Under the pieces are notes generated by a model. That model had not been told where the DNA came from. It did no database searches and saw only the letters and a program-made list of their open reading frames with translations. Positions 1-13,870 of a stretch of DNA of 64,000 bases are shown piece by piece (positions within the stretch are counted from its first letter, which is position 1; every line of letters begins with the position of its first letter). A program made the position numbers and the translations under genes. The stretch is from Eledone cirrhosa (lineage: Eukaryota), in the NCBI GenBank assembly GCA_964016885.1, contig OZ024740.1, forward strand, positions 115,320,001-115,384,000, given 5' to 3'.

Positions 1-377
1 GATAAGCACAGAAGATTGAATATTTCACTTTTTATACCATCATTGCGAAATATATTTGAGTGTTGAGGTTCAAATTCATCTACGGAGCAGGTTTGGATTT
101 TGAAATTTAAATTTGTCCAGGAATCACGGCTTTTGCCAATATAAGCTTGTTTTTATTGATTTATATCGAGACAGACAAACTATATTTATTTTAATTAGTT
201 TATTTCATTCTAGCTGACTTAGTCTTTTGCAATGCAAACACTTATGTGTTTATAATATATCAATTTATATTAACTTGTATATATATATATGTATGTATGT
301 ATATAAATCTATGCATATGTATATGTGTATGCGTTGACAGATTGATGCTATGTATGCTCCTGTAGGTATGTGAGTTT

Positions 378-411
<34 letters not shown>

Positions 412-415
<4 letters not shown>

Positions 416-605
416 AAGGAGGTGTGGTAAGGAACCAGATGGACCATAAGGCACCAGAGTACTCAATACTTAGGGTAGTAGAGTGGGTAATAGGATAATG
501 TTTAACCCCGGCGGCAGAGATTAAGCCGTTTCGACAGCTATTTCTGAAATCTGAGTCCCGAAATAGCCGTCGAACTGGCTTGAGCTCTGCCGTCGGGGTT
601 AAACG

Positions 606-610
<5 letters not shown>
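412..610 (-). mobile_element. HHR family A fold-back element in (TA)n (half-ribozyme copy)
   Basis: Shares the body aa(c/t)gaaggaggtgtggtaaggaacc...gagtgggtaatagg with copies at 31294, 39677, 61202 and 61455. Terminal hairpin ~498-606 contains GAA(C/A)..GGC-ttgagctct-GCC-GTC-ggggt. Flanked by (TA)n on both sides. Confidence 0.8.
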
Positions 611-658
<48 letters not shown>

Positions 659-1438
659 CATGCATATATTTTTTATGAGTGAGTATGTAACTATCTAACA
701 TGATCCTTTATGTAAGTAATGTTGAGCGGTGATGATATATTTTAAAGCAACCAATATGCACCATGTGCACTAGAATTAGTGGTAGAAATAGTCTTTCTCT
801 TTTGCCGATCTAAATGACAGTAAATGGTGCTGTCAATATGGAACTATGGGTTTGACGGATGCAATAATGAGTACTCGATACTCAAGTAGAGATTAATAAC
901 ATATTTTTGATGCCTAAGCTATGTGTAATGTTACTCTGGATTTTCACTTATCTACTCACACGATAGTCATGCGAGTCCTGCCTCCAGTGTACAAATTTCA
1001 TCACTAAATCATAACAGAGATTATATATATGAGCTTAGGCGTATATGTGTATGAGTGTGTATGTGTGGGTGCGTGCGTGTGTGTGTGTATGTGTGTTTGT
1101 GTGTGTTTGTGTGTGTTTGTTTGTGTTACCTTTTAATAGCTTTCCAGAATTCAATGGAATTTGAATAACAAAATTGGCAGGTGTCACATATTGATGTATG
1201 TATGTATGAATGTAATCTCGTGTGCAAGTGTATGTGTAAGTCATTTTTTTATTTTATTTAATTGCAGTGATATACAAACATAGGGTTTGGCAGTAAAATG
1301 TGTTTACATATTTTTAAGCAGAACGACTTTGTGAAGATATAGAAAGTCATTAAAATAAGATTGCCTAATGGGAATCAAAACCATGACCCCTTTTATTTAT
1401 ACTACGGTATATTTACAGCTATACGCTAAGCTTATTTC

Positions 1439-2600
<1,162 letters not shown>

Positions 2601-3232
2601 TCATTACTCTGGCGATATAATTCTTTTTATTCCTCTACAAGATAAGTTTGTAAACGTTCCAATCATGTTTTATTTCGGCAAATATGTATGTGTTTGAATT
2701 TCATTAACAAACTTGTATGCATAACATTCAAAACGTTTGCAAACTTTTTGTTTGGATTTATTAAAATATCAATTTGCCGATATTATTGCCATAAGCCGTA
2801 TAATATAGCTGTAATATTAACTCTCTAGATGCATCACCAAAAGCGACAATGTTTGAATTCTCATAGGGCTGTCGCTATTTAATAACTTTAATTTTCGCTT
2901 TGTATATCTGCTAAAAAAAGGAATTCAACATTGTTTAACGAAATGTAAATGCATATTTTTATATTCAATTTTTGCTTTGACCATCTATATGAAAACTAAT
3001 GTAAATAATCTGAAATCTTATATTTAGACAGAGGAACAGACGATAGATATGCGCACATGTGAATTGCCTTTAGTAAACAAAGAGTCGTTAAAACATAGAA
3101 TTCTTAGATAGAATTCTTTGCGGCATTCGTGCCGACTCACTGCACTTTTAGTTCAAATACTGCCGAGCTTAATACTGCCTTTCATTCTTTCGAAGTCGAT
3201 AAATAAACTGCAATTCCAATACTACGTTTGAT

Positions 3233-3299
<67 letters not shown>

Positions 3300-3880
3300 C
3301 TCTATATAGAAGAATCGACAGTGTTCAGACCTGGTCCGCCAGATTTAAATAACCAGGGCTCACCATATACGAAATAAATTTAGCTAACGCTGCATATGTA
3401 TGTGTGTTATGTTTGTATGTATGCATGTGTACGTATTTCTGTGCCACAGTAGTCGGTGGCGTGTCCATATGTATGTGTGTGTTCACAGAACACGATATCG
3501 TACCAACTACCTTTGGTATAAAAGACTTTAAAAAACACAAACGTTACCAACAAAGACCGGGTATCAAGAGATTTGCAATGGATATTGTTAATTGTGAAGA
3601 CATATAAAGAAGCAAAGAGATGTATTTACAAACCACCGTTGGCTCTGAAAATATCTGTAATCTTAATGAGGTGTACTATTTCCATGACTGTCACGGTAAA
3701 ACTATGAAATTGAAAATGTAAAATAAATTTAAAATACCACGTATGTTATTGAATATATATGTGTGCATACATATATTATTAGGAGGAGTAGCATTAGTAG
3801 TACAGAGAGGTGATCGGTGAAATGGCAGTAGCATTAGGCGCCTGTATACATGTATTATTATTATTATTAGTGTTAGTATT

Positions 3881-4190
3881 AGGGCGGTGAATTGGCAGTA
3901 TCGGTAGAGAGTCGGACGACATGCTTTCCATATAGTTACGTCCCTTTACGGTCTGAATTCAAATCCCGCCGAGGTTAACTTTGCCTTTCATCCTTACGAG
4001 GTCGATAAAATAAAGTACCAGTAATGTACTGGGTAATTGGTAGCCTTGTGCCAAGAGTAGAAACAATTATTAGTATTAGTAGCATTGTTAACTTTGCCTT
4101 TCATCCTTACGGAGTCGATAAAATAAAGTACCAGTAATACACTGGGGTAATTGCTGGCCTTGTGCCAAACGTAGAAACAATTATTATTAG
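3881..4190 (+). mobile_element. tRNA-derived SINE family 1 (full copy 3881-4072 plus tandem 3' half 4087-4190)
   Basis: A-box-like tggcagtatcgg, B-box-like ttcaaatccc, conserved body aactttgcctttcatccttacgrggtcgataaaataaagtaccag and (ATT)n tail; more than 10 copies in the window. Confidence 0.85.
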
Positions 4191-4339
4191 TATTGTTATT
4201 GTTATGTTGGTACTCGTTTGCGAGAGACATATTCACACCGGCCCCAAAAGGTTGGTTTTTGAGTTGTTTCAAAGTGGAATTTGTTGAATATTTTTTTCCC
4301 GAACTGTATATAAGATTCCACTTATTGGCATGTGTAAAG

Positions 4340-6315
4340 GTGGCCCCATAATATTTGGGCCCAAAAGCCCAAATATTTGAACTTTATTTAAAAACGTCAA
4401 AAAACATGGCAGAGCCACGCCCTCAACTCTGAGTTGAGAGCAATTATTGATAATGTAACTACTAACAGCCCAACAGAAAACAACAATAACAACACCAACA
4501 ACGATATTAGCAACACCACCAACAACAACATGAACAAAGACACCAGAAAAGACAATGGCAAAATGGAAAAAATGAGAGCAAGAACAACACCAACACCAAC
4601 TGCAACAGCACCAACTGCACCAAGAAAAACATCACCAACTCCAACAGCAACAACGTCAATAACACCAACAACAATAACAATAACAGCAACGGCAACAATG
4701 TGACCAATAAGAGCATTGCGAACAAAGAGAAAAACTCTTTCACTGCGACAGCAGCCAAGAAATTGTCATGCTTTAGCAGGAACCTTACACAAAAAAAGAG
4801 AAAATCTTGGCCCAGGCCTGGAATCTCATTAAACAATAGCAGACCTAGGCCAACTTATCTGTCCCGGCAGAGGCCATAGAAACGTTGGTGAGGAGAATTA
4901 TGATCTTTAGATGCATTTCAGTAGAGACTAAAAAAGCAACTAACACTCGCCAGGTAAACGTCGAAGCTACACTGAGGTGCACCAGAGACGACACAGAATA
5001 CAGAGCGAGGGGCAGACAATACGGCACCATCTCGGTGCTGCTTTAGTCAGAAGCCCTTGCTATAAAACATTCAGTGACACCTTGCAAAACTAACAAGATC
5101 ATTATGTACCCTTCCTACATGGGAAAATGAACTGTTTAAGTCTGCATTCCAAGGATTCTACCTGGACTACATGTATGGTGGCTGCTGGGATGCCTGATTG
5201 TGGAGCGGACAGATGCTGTCCTGATCGAGGCAACCAGAACAGCCAAGGAGGACTGGTCAGGGGTTCACCTTGAGATACTTGTCTAGAGGACCTGAGAAAA
5301 ATCCCGGACCACATCCATCCATCCATCTCAAAACCGAGACGGCCCTGCAAGTAATAACTGAGAATTTAAAGCCACACTGTTCGTATGCAGCGAAACAACT
5401 CACTTGCGGGCCTTCTGCATTCAGCTCAAACATGGAAGGGGTCAAAAACCTCCACTGCTGCCGACGCCAGGCGGGGACCGCCACAAACACCAGCACCAGC
5501 AACACCACCAGAAGTAACGCCAGCAAAAACGCCACCACCAACTTTAGCTACCCAGGGGGAAAACGAGGAAAGCTCTCCCATTCCCTACCCCCAAAAAATC
5601 ACACATTGACACAAACTCAAACACAAACACACGGAGACACACACCTACAGGCACCTCCTCTTCCAGTAGCGAAGACGAGCCAAAACTTAAAGTCAAAAAA
5701 CAAAAAGGAAGGCACAAAAACAATTTCCACTCATTACACACGCACCCACTGCAGAAAATGCAGACACCACACCACAACAAACGTAAACACTTCCACAACA
5801 ATACACCACAACCACAATCCCCCAATCGCAAACAACCACAAGAAACACAAGAAGAAAACAAAGACACACAACTTCATGCTATTAATTAGAGCCAACAAGG
5901 ATTTAATGATCCTGATAGCACGAGGGGAAAATATTCTGCAGTAGTACATTTCACGTACCTGAGGAACTATCGATGGTACGTAAGTCGCTCGGTGCATACA
6001 AAGAAATTAGAAAAAGCTTTCCTCGGGACGTGGGATCCATGAATATGAAACCCCCTTCAAGACTGTTAAATGAGTTCCCAAAGGATACCCCACCAACCAT
6101 GGAAGGCGAACCACCCGACCTCCACAAGCCCCCGGGGAATAAGTAAAACTTTAGCCTGCCAACATGACCATCCTAAGAATAGGATGTTTAAATGTTCGTG
6201 GCTTGGGTTGGGCCTGGAAGCAGGTTCACCTTCTGAACAACCTCAGGTCATTAAATATGGATGTGATTATCAACACGCGCGGACTAGTCCTCATGTTCGA
6301 CGACTATCAGACTAG
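4340..6315 (+). mobile_element. Degenerate Tx1/L1-clade LINE fragment: ORF1 remnant and start of ORF2 endonuclease
   Basis: RGRQYGTISVLL motif shared with ORF1 of the copies at 13.2 and 16.6 kb. MTILRIGCLNVRGLGWAWKQ at 6164 matches the ORF2 start MASLRVGSVNVRGLGMPWKQ. Confidence 0.8.
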
Positions 6316-6349
6316 GCCTCTATTAAATCTGGTTTTGCACAATATGAAC

Positions 6350-6620
6350 TGGTAATTAGTTAGAAGAGAGATTCAAAACTTGGAAGAATGTTATGATTAA
6401 TAGTTGTCTTAATTACGTTTGAAGATATTTGAAATGAGTGTGGTAGATCGATGATTTTCATGGTCAGAGGGGTTTTCCTGTAAAGATGGAGAGATTGAAA
6501 AGCTGTGATGAATATATGAGGTAGTTCTGGTGCTCATTGTTTGAAAGTGATGAAAGTGACATTGTCAGGGCTGGTATAGATGTGTATCTTTTCCCATCTA
6601 ATTGGAAGATAATGTTTGTG
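6350..6620 (-). pseudogene. Probable CR1/L2-like LINE RT fragment, heavily decayed
   Basis: Frameshifted minus-strand translation gives PDNV..ITFKQ*APEL...LFNLSIFTGK.P, resembling the pre-RT region of CR1-group LINEs. Confidence 0.45.
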
Positions 6621-7060
6621 TGTGAGTTTCCCTAAAGTTAGAAAAAATAGTTTTACATATATAGTTTTAAGTGGTGTTACCACGAATTCAAACCAATCAT
6701 TCTCCCTTGTCTCTGGAAATAGATAAGTAGTTTTTGAAAGAACGTGAAATTCTCACTCCAGCCAACGTGCTCACGTCTGATTGTATGTTTGTGTGTGGTT
6801 GTGTGTGTGTGTGTGTGTATGTAAGTATGGGTTTATGTGTGTGTGCGTGTCGTTTCTCTAGAAATAGAAATAAATAACAAGTTCAAATAAATCATTCTCA
6901 CTTGTGTACGGAAATAGACAAAATTGCTTTAAAAATAACGTGAAATTGAAACACCCAACCAAGTTGTTCCGTAGATTTAACAGTAGACCAGACAGATTTC
7001 AACAATTGTTTGTCAAAAATGATTTGTATAAACCTATTTTCTGTTAAGTCTAAAATTTAA

Positions 7061-7277
7061 TATCTAATTTAGGCAAAAGGCCAGCAATTTTCGGAGAAGA
7101 GAAAGTTGATTATTTCAAGACCAGCTAATGAATAGTACTTTATTTTATCGACCACAGAATGATGAAATACTGAGTTGACATCGGAGGGATTTGAGCTTAG
7201 AACGTAATGGGTCATAACTAAATACTGCAAAGCATTTTTTTCGACGTTCTAAATATTTTGCCAACCCACCTCCCTAA
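7061..7277 (-). mobile_element. SINE family 1, diverged copy
   Basis: Reverse complement of the family 1 body (gtactttattttatcgacc...ggatttgagc). Confidence 0.75.
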
Positions 7278-7321
7278 ATAAGTCCCATAATAAATAGATT
7301 CATATATTTTAATGTTTAAAC

Positions 7322-7360
<39 letters not shown>

Positions 7361-8531
7361 ACAAACATGTCTGTGTTTACATTTAGGTCTGTTTGTGTCT
7401 CATAAATTAGCTCCACAAACAAAAAATAAGATGGGTAAAATAAGTACCAGACTTCAAAACATAAGTACTGGGGTCGACTAAATCAATGTGGTGCCCAGCA
7501 TGACCAGTAAATGAATAGAAGAATTGAGCAATTAATGAAGAAAGGAACGAAAAGAACAAGCGGATTAATACTTATAGGATTTCTGCAGGAAGACACTCAA
7601 ATGCTCAAATTGAAAGACACTTGTCTGAGATGCCATGATGTGAGATAGAACAAGGATCCTCATGATTGGGAAGCGAATTTGTTATCCTACCGTGACCGCG
7701 CATACTCCGAACTCTGCACATGCGCACTCGTGCATGTACAAATGTCAAGGCGGCGTCATGGTTGGAGCGCAAAAAGACAGGCAAGTTCAACTTTGTTTTG
7801 GGCGCTCCTGAGACGGCTACTCTTACGTGTATTCTGCGCATGCGCACTCGTGCTGTTCGAAATGACTGGAGGATCTGGTTATGGCCCACTTAATTATCAT
7901 ATTCAAATTAGTGTGGCAAGCGAAGCGATCTGCTTTTAGTCGACATGACAATTCATTAAAACTCATTGAATCACGAGACGTACCACATCGACATTTTAAT
8001 CCTCCACAAAATTTGGATCCATCTCTGAATAGGCCACTATTGTTGACCACAGGTACAACATCAACCCAGTGCCCCGAGAATTTGGCAATCACAGATAAGT
8101 GACACTTTCAGTATTGGTCTGATTGTGTCATGGAGGAAGTTGAAAACGTGCCTCAACGTTAATTGCTCATTGTTTGAATGCATACAGTTCCCTCCGCCGT
8201 AGAAAACCTTCTAGCACCTCCATGTTGGTAAAGGAGACAGACAGACAAACAGACAGAGAGACAGGCAGACGAACGGATGGATAGATAGATAGAGAGATTT
8301 CTTTATTTGCCACAAGGGCGCTCAAGAAAAGGGGGCAATACAAAGACATGCCGGGGATTTTACATACAATCGTGTAAAAAATATAAAAACAAACAATTAC
8401 AACAATCGAAATCCCCAATAAGGGGGAAGCGCCACAAATGGGTTATTTAATACCCCGTCGATAGAATAACCCTCAACTCCAAGAGCGTGTAGTGCAAGTG
8501 CTCCTTTCTTCCTTTTTCTCTCTTCTTCAAC

Positions 8532-11500
8532 CTACAGGCTTATAAACAGAGAAGGCCCAATCACTCGGGCCATTTTCGCTCATTCACCCACCTTTCAGTA
8601 AATTAACTGGGGTGCAGTGCCTCTCTCTCCACCCTGATTCTCCTTCTAAAGTGATACTTAAAGAAGGGAATCAATTGTTGTCCGGAGAGAGAGGCATCTG
8701 TCCTCAGTCCTCTCAACCTCGTCCACCATATAACTTCTTTCACCATAGCCACCATACAGAGGAAAACCTCCTCTCTTTTGTTTTTGAAAGAGGCTGGTGT
8801 TTGATCCTTACTCGGCAGTCAACTGGATTTGTCCCATACGCGACAGCAGTTGTTCTGCATATTTCCACAGGTCAGTTACGCCCGGGCAGTGGACAATTAC
8901 GTGCAGGACTGTTTCAATGTCCTGCGGACATCTTGGACACGTCCTCTTGGAAGGATCCCTGCCGGGGCTTCCGTGCCTGTAGATATTGTCACGAACCGGT
9001 AGAGGTCCTCGGTAGCACTGCCAGGCCAGGGACCTCTGGATGTTGTCCATAGGTCCCGGGAGGAAGGTCCTACCAAACAAACTGGTGAGCTCATCGTCGT
9101 CGACGCCCAGAGTCTCTCCGAGCACGTCGTCGCCCTTGTAACGTAAATCCCTCTATAGAAGGTTGAAGTGGATTCTCCACTGATTGCTGTGCCCGCTTGC
9201 CAGAGGACTGTGAGCGCCTGAGCGCATTCAATGTGCCAGGCGTCCGTCGTTTTCGGTCTTTTCTTGACCCAGGACTGCAGCTCCGACAGCGAGACGAGCT
9301 GTGGGAAAGCCTGTCTCACAAACGGTGCCCACACCGGTTGGGAGTCGGTGAGGAATACCTGGAGATGCCGCATCCTCAGCGCATGTTTGCGCATCATTAG
9401 CCACGGCATGCCCAGCCCTCCGTTGGAAGGGTGTTGACAGCAGACGGATCTCCTCACCAGTGGAGCCTGCTTCTTCCACAGAAACTGGAAGAGCATGCGT
9501 TCCATCTTGGCGGGGTGTTCACGGGGACAAGGCACGACAGTCAAGCGGTAGTAGATGACGGACGCTATGAAAGTGTTCGCCACCTCCGCTCGACCTTTCA
9601 AGGACAGTTTGCACTCTACCCACTTCTGGGTGAGTACAAACACCTTCGCCATTACCTCGTTCCAGTTTTTCTCCACCTGGTGGTCTGGACCGAACCAGAC
9701 CCCGACCAATTTCACCGGTCCGTCCAGCGTCCAACGACGCTGTCGGACGTCATCGGTTTGCCTCTCCACGTACCAAGTTGCAAACCGAGAGACTTGTCCG
9801 GGTTTAGTTTTGCTCCCGTCAGCGTTTCATATTCTTTCAGTAAGTTGCCGATCACCCCGATTTCCGAGGTGCTCGACACCATTACCGTCACGTCGTCGGC
9901 ATAAGCCGACCCCGCTTTGCGAAGTCCCGGTTCTGGAGGGATACCCTACAAAAGCTCCAATTTCCGCAGTAGTGGCTCTCGAGTCAATACATAAAGAATG
10001 GAGGAGAGAGGGCATCCCTGTCGAATGGAACGCGTGGTTGCGAACGGCTCCGTTAAGTAGCCGTTCACCTTGACCCTCGAGCAGATACCGGTGTGCATCG
10101 CCTCGATCCAGCCTCTGAAAACGGGACCGAAACCGGCCGCCTTGAGAACCGCTTCCAAGTATCGATGGTCGACCCTATCGAATGCGTTAGACTGATCCAA
10201 ATTGATCAGAGCCCCACCGAAGCCGGGTTTACTACCCACCCTCTCTATGATGTATCGCATGAGGTGGAGGTTGTCGTGTATGGACCTGGTCGGGATTTGC
10301 ACACGTTTGCTCTTTCCCTACCAGGTTCTCGCCGACCAGCGCCAACCTCGTCGGTAGCACCTTGGCCAAAATCTTTAACTCTGTATTGAGCAGAGTTATG
10401 GGCCTGAAGCTGTTAATTCCGTCCCCCTTGTTCTCGTCTTTCCTGATCAGCGTTACTACGCCCTTGCCTGCAGAACTAGGAATTCTCCCGTTCTGCTGCC
10501 AATTGCAGTAGACGGCTTCGAGGACGCCAGAGAAAAAGTCCGGCATGCCTATGTAAAACTCATAGGGTAGACCATCTAGACCGGGTGACTTGCGTTTCCC
10601 GCAGCGGCCCAGAGCGTCCCGTATCTCAGTGTCCGTGATCGGTCTTTTGCAGAACTCGGCGTCCGTGTTCGAGAGACGCGGCAAGCCGTTGAGTTATGAA
10701 CTAAAGTCCATTGCCCCGTTCGGCTCACCGTCGTTCTGCTCAAACAGTCGCGCAAAGTGTTGCTGAAAGGCCGCGCACATTTGCTTGGGGTCAAGTAGCA
10801 CGCGTCCGTTTTGGTCTTTCAAAGACCGAATCGTGGATTTGTTGCCACTTTTCGCCTCCGCTACTCGGGCCCAGCTGACAGCTTTCGCTCCTTCGTTTCC
10901 TAAAGCACGTGTTTTGCTTCTGGCCACGCAGCCTTCGTGTTTCGCATCGAAGAACTGGTCCAGTACCGTACTCGACGCTAACTCTCTATCCGCGTTGCCA
11001 CTTCTAAGTTCCTCCTCTACCTTGGCTACTAGTTCTCTTTCTATTTTGTTTTTCTCTGCTATACCCTATCGATTCTATTCTAATTGCTTTCTTGAGAGAG
11101 TACCACCATTTATTGTTGACGATGGCTCCCGTTAACTGTTGCTTGACTAGTCTACTTATCCGTTCACTGTAAGCTTTACGTGCCGGCAACGACACGTTCA
11201 GCTTCCAGTATCCGGGTCCTTGTCTATGTATTCTACCACGGTTGACTAAGCAGACAATTATTGATCTGAATAGGCAACCATGTGCATTCGTGGACAGCTT
11301 AACCTCTCCTTGTCTCTTTCTCTAATGAAGAACCTATCTAAATACGATCTAGATGTCCCGCTGCGGTTTGCCCACGTCCACTGTGGTGCAGTCGGAAAAC
11401 CCAGTCGATACCTATCGGCCAGTTGGAATTGGCCGATTAAAGTTTTGAGGCTGTTGCACCCCCCTCTATTGGGACATGCTCCCACATAGTCCCATCGTGC

Positions 11501-11947
11501 ATCTAGGTTACCATTCCAGTCCCCCACTAAAAGTAAGGAGCCAGACATTCCCAGAAAAGACTCTAGACGCTTAAAGAAGTCTGGCTGTGATTGCGATTGC
11601 CCGGTCGGGGCATAAACCGCCACCACTCTGAAGGCTCCACCTCCAATACTGTTCACGTCTAGGACTACCAGTCTACCCTTCGGGTCCAAGTGTACTTGCT
11701 GTACTTCGACGTCCAGGTTCTTCCGAAACATGACAGCCACTTCCCCTCCACCTACTGGCTGACAGAGAGATGCGTAGATCTCAAAGTCGTCGAAGATGGG
11801 GGTTAGTTGCTGCCTGTTGTGGATCCTGGACTCGGTAATAGCTATCACATCCATACCGTGTGACCTAAGGTCGTTTAAAAGTTGGCCCTGTTTCCAGGGC
11901 ATACCTAGGCCACGCACATTCACGCTTCCAACTCGTAAACTAGCCAT
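8532..11947 (-). pseudogene. ORF2 of copy A: APE endonuclease + reverse transcriptase + C-terminal zinc finger, with frameshifts and stops
   Basis: Endonuclease motifs NVRGL, TES, GDWN, YLDRF, SDQ. RT motifs KSPGLDG, FRPITLLN, DQSNAFDRVDH, RQGCPLS, YADD. Zinc finger CPRC...ETVLHVIVHC. Confidence 0.93.
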
Positions 11948-11949
11948 GT

Positions 11950-13660
11950 TGGTGAAGAAGAGTTGGAGTAAAAGGACGAAAGGTGCACTTACCTTCTCGT
12001 TTCCTGGAGATCGGGTTGTTCAATCTCCATTTGGGTGTTGGATGGGGTGTTGCGTGGGGTGGGGAAACGCGGTTGATGGGTTTCTGGAAGGGGTTGGCCA
12101 CGTCCTGTGAAAATTTATTTTTCAGGTCATTATAGGTTTCCATTGAAACCCTTATAAGTTTAAGGTGTGGAGACGATTCTGCCTTGACGAAAGTTTTGCC
12201 CTCCGTCTCAACCTTGGGGTTTGGGGAGATGACCTCCATCAAACTCTTGTTGTTTGTGTTGATGTATGCGTATTGTTGTTTGTGTTTTTGTTGTGTTGTT
12301 TTAGTTTGTTGTTCGTCCGGGAGTTTTCTTTTTATGGTGGGTGCTTGTGTTTGGGGTGGTGTTGGTGTTGGTTTTGCTGGTAGGGGATGTTTGAGGGTGG
12401 TGTTGTTTGTGTTGTTGTTTGTGTCTGTGGTCGTGGTTGGTGTTGGTGATTGGAGTTTTGGGGGTTTTGTGGTGTCTCTGTTTTTTGTTTTTTAGATTTC
12501 CGAGGCTCTCTTTCTTCTTCACTTAAAGAAGGGGAAGCAACCTCATCTGTCGATGAATAATCATCGTCAGGAGTGTGGGGTAGGGGTATGTTGTGTGGTG
12601 GTGGTGTTTCGGTGTGTGGTAGTGTTTGATGGAGTGGAATGGTGTGGGGCTGTGTTCTTCAGGGGTGTTGTCTGGGTTTTTTCTTTTGTTGTTGGTTGAG
12701 TGGCTGTTTGTTTTGGTGTGTTTGCTCGTTTCGTCTGTTGTTGTACCTGTGGTGGTGGTTGTTTTGGTGTTGGTAATAGTGTTTTCTTTTGTATTGTTTT
12801 GGTTGAGCGTGTTTGTAAAGGGCGGGAGGCCTTTAAGTGTGTGGTGCTATTGCAACGAAAGCAATGAGGTTTTCGGCCCTCTACCGAAATGTTAATGTGG
12901 CTGTTGTTGTCCACCAGCACTTTTTCTGCTATTTTGGAGATTCTTTCCGGGCTCATTTGCACCAGAATCTCCAAATTTGTACCAGACCAGGTGTGTCTGT
13001 CTGACTTTTTGATGGAGAGAATAGTGTATTTTCTCTCCTCTAAAAATCCTGCCAACATCCACCAAATATTTGGTGGTATGTTTGAAACTCTAATTTTTTG
13101 TGTCCTTTTTCCCATGTATGTAGGGAAAAAGATGTATTTTTCTCACAGTAGTGGCGTCACTGAATATCTTTGTGCAAGGGCCTCGCTTTTGAGGAGTACC
13201 GAAATACTCCCGTACTGTTTGGCCCTCTGCATAAAGTCAATGTCTAGCAATATCTCTTTCAAGGTTGCCTCAATTTCCCCTTGACTGAGGAATGTTGGTT
13301 GTTTTGTTTCATTTGAAACAGTTCTGAAGGTAATTATCCTTCGAAATGATTCCAGACAAATTTCTGGGGGGTGAGTTTATCTGAAATCCACCGTTTTCAC
13401 TGAAAATGATCAACTCCTTTGCTTCAGAGAGCATCTGTTTCGCATTGGAGATATCGAGATCCTTGAATTCTTGTGTCTTGATGACTGTTTGTGCAAAAGT
13501 GTTTTTGGTGTTGTTGTTGTTGTTGTTGTTGTGGTTGTCGGGTTTTCCGTTTGTAGCTGTGTCAATGGTTTTACTTTCTGTTGTTTTTTCCGCCTGTTGT
13601 ACTATGTGTGGTTCGATCTTGTTTTTATTTGTTGTTCATATTGGTTTCCATGGTGACACC
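11950..13660 (-). pseudogene. ORF1 (gag-like, zinc knuckle) of copy A
   Basis: Knuckle CFRCNSTTHLKASRP (degenerate CX2CX4HX4C) followed by a Thr/Pro/Gln-rich low-complexity tail; lies upstream of ORF2. Confidence 0.8.
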
Positions 13661-13870
13661 AATACATGCAGAGTTAGAAGTAACGTTATTATTACTTGTG
13701 ACTGTTTCTGTATAAGTTATTTTGTTGTTGTTGTTGATGTTGTCCGGTTTTCCGTTTGTAGTTGTGTCAATTGTTTTTTCTGTTGATTTTGGTGTGTGTT
13801 GTATACGGTGTGGTTCACTGTGTGATTAAATTTTGTGTGTGTTGTCTACTTGACTTTCGTTACACAAAAC

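Larger units (their letters stand above)
8297..13870 (-). mobile_element. Tx1/L1-clade non-LTR retrotransposon copy A, near full length, disrupted
   Basis: Contains ORF1 and ORF2 remnants. The 3' end is AATAAAGAAAT followed by an (ATCT)n-like tail. Confidence 0.93.

Noticed and set aside
3488-3607. Possible host terminal exon (EHDIVPTTFGIKDF...)
   Set aside because: The acceptor is weak, there is no recognisable domain, and no partner exons are visible.
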